Source: a virus
Taxonomy: Duplodnaviria; Caudoviricetes
Strand: one strand, 5' to 3'
Length of the DNA: 43,199 nt
IMG/VR virus record: IMGVR_UViG_3300025653_000068
Location: 1-43,199 of that record
Numbering within the stretch: position 1 is the stretch's first letter; each line of letters begins with the position of its first letter. The position numbers were made by a program, and so were the translations under genes. The notes under the pieces are model-generated. The model saw only the letters and a program-made list of their open reading frames with translations, had not been told where the DNA came from and did no database searches. Positions 42,745 to 43,199 of this stretch are shown here, piece after piece.

Positions 42745-43199
42745 ATGGCAATTCAGAAGAACTTTGTCGTTAAAAATGGACTTGAGGTAAGTGAAGCTCT
42801 AATTTATGCGGATAAAGTTGCCGATCAAGTTGGTATTGGTACAACTAGTATTGATGGTAACTGTAAAGTTGAAGTCCGTGGAAACTTAAAAGTTAGAAAT
42901 CTGTATCTAGCAGAAACATTAGGTATTGGATCTATACCGAATCTGCAAGGAACAACGCTAGACTACGGATATGGTCGAATATTATCTGGTGTTGTAACTA
43001 GTCTATCTGGAACTGCAGTAACTTATACTACAGGTAACATTACTGATCTTTCTGGAACTGCAGTAACTTATACTACAGGTGATATCACCAATCTTTCTGG
43101 AACTGCAGTAACTTATACTACAGGTAACATTACTGATCTATCTGGAACTGCAGTAACTTATACTACAGGTAACATTACTGATCTATCTGGAACTACAGG
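42745..43199 (+). CDS. Tail fibre-like protein (partial, runs off window)
   Basis: MAIQKNFVVKNGLEVS...QVGIGTTS; open to window end. Confidence 0.85.
   Translation, partial: MAIQKNFVVKNGLEVSEALIYADKVADQVGIGTTSIDGNCKVEVRGNLKVRNLYLAETLGIGSIPNLQGTTLDYGYGRILSGVVTSLSGTAVTYTTGNITDLSGTAVTYTTGDITNLSGTAVTYTTGNITDLSGTAVTYTTGNITDLSGTT
43003..43194 (+). repeat. 45-bp tandem repeat x4 plus partial (LSGTAVTYTTGNITD)
   Basis: Units start at 43003, 43048, 43093, 43138, 43183. Confidence 0.95.

Noticed and set aside
21128-43199. Diversity-generating retroelement or invertase system acting on tail genes
   Set aside because: No reverse transcriptase, recombinase, or adenine-variant template/variable repeat pair visible in this window

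Overview
Segment of a T4-like marine cyanophage (myovirus of Synechococcus/Prochlorococcus) genome, AT-rich and mostly on the + strand. 1-8.3 kb is a plastic early/accessory region. It carries small ORFs punctuated by at least seven copies of a repeated box + stem-loop + sigma70-promoter cassette, the auxiliary metabolic genes petE, talC and zwf, a cyanobacterial AbrB-like regulator, and apparent deletion scars of gnd and probably PTOX. 8.3-16.9 kb is a core block: glutaredoxin, speD, a tandem glutamine-riboswitch-like RNA ahead of a YRG-motif (DUF4278-like) peptide, thyX, phoH, an exonuclease, g33, g59 and g32. 16.9-43.2 kb is tail/baseplate morphogenesis: g53, g48, g4, g54-like, g26, g51, two tape-measure-like proteins carrying M23 and GH19 peptidoglycan-hydrolase domains, a hub protein, cp12, g5 and fibre/structural proteins. 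The most notable observations are (i) a T-TTT-TTC slippery site that would fuse g26 to g51 by -1 frameshifting, as in tail-assembly chaperones, (ii) a tandem riboswitch whose second aptamer encloses a complete 53-codon ORF, with a spacer hairpin whose loop is complementary to both aptamers, and (iii) promoter cassettes that sit right after truncated gene starts, plus several gene and tRNA remnants. All family assignments come from motif recognition by eye; no searches were run.
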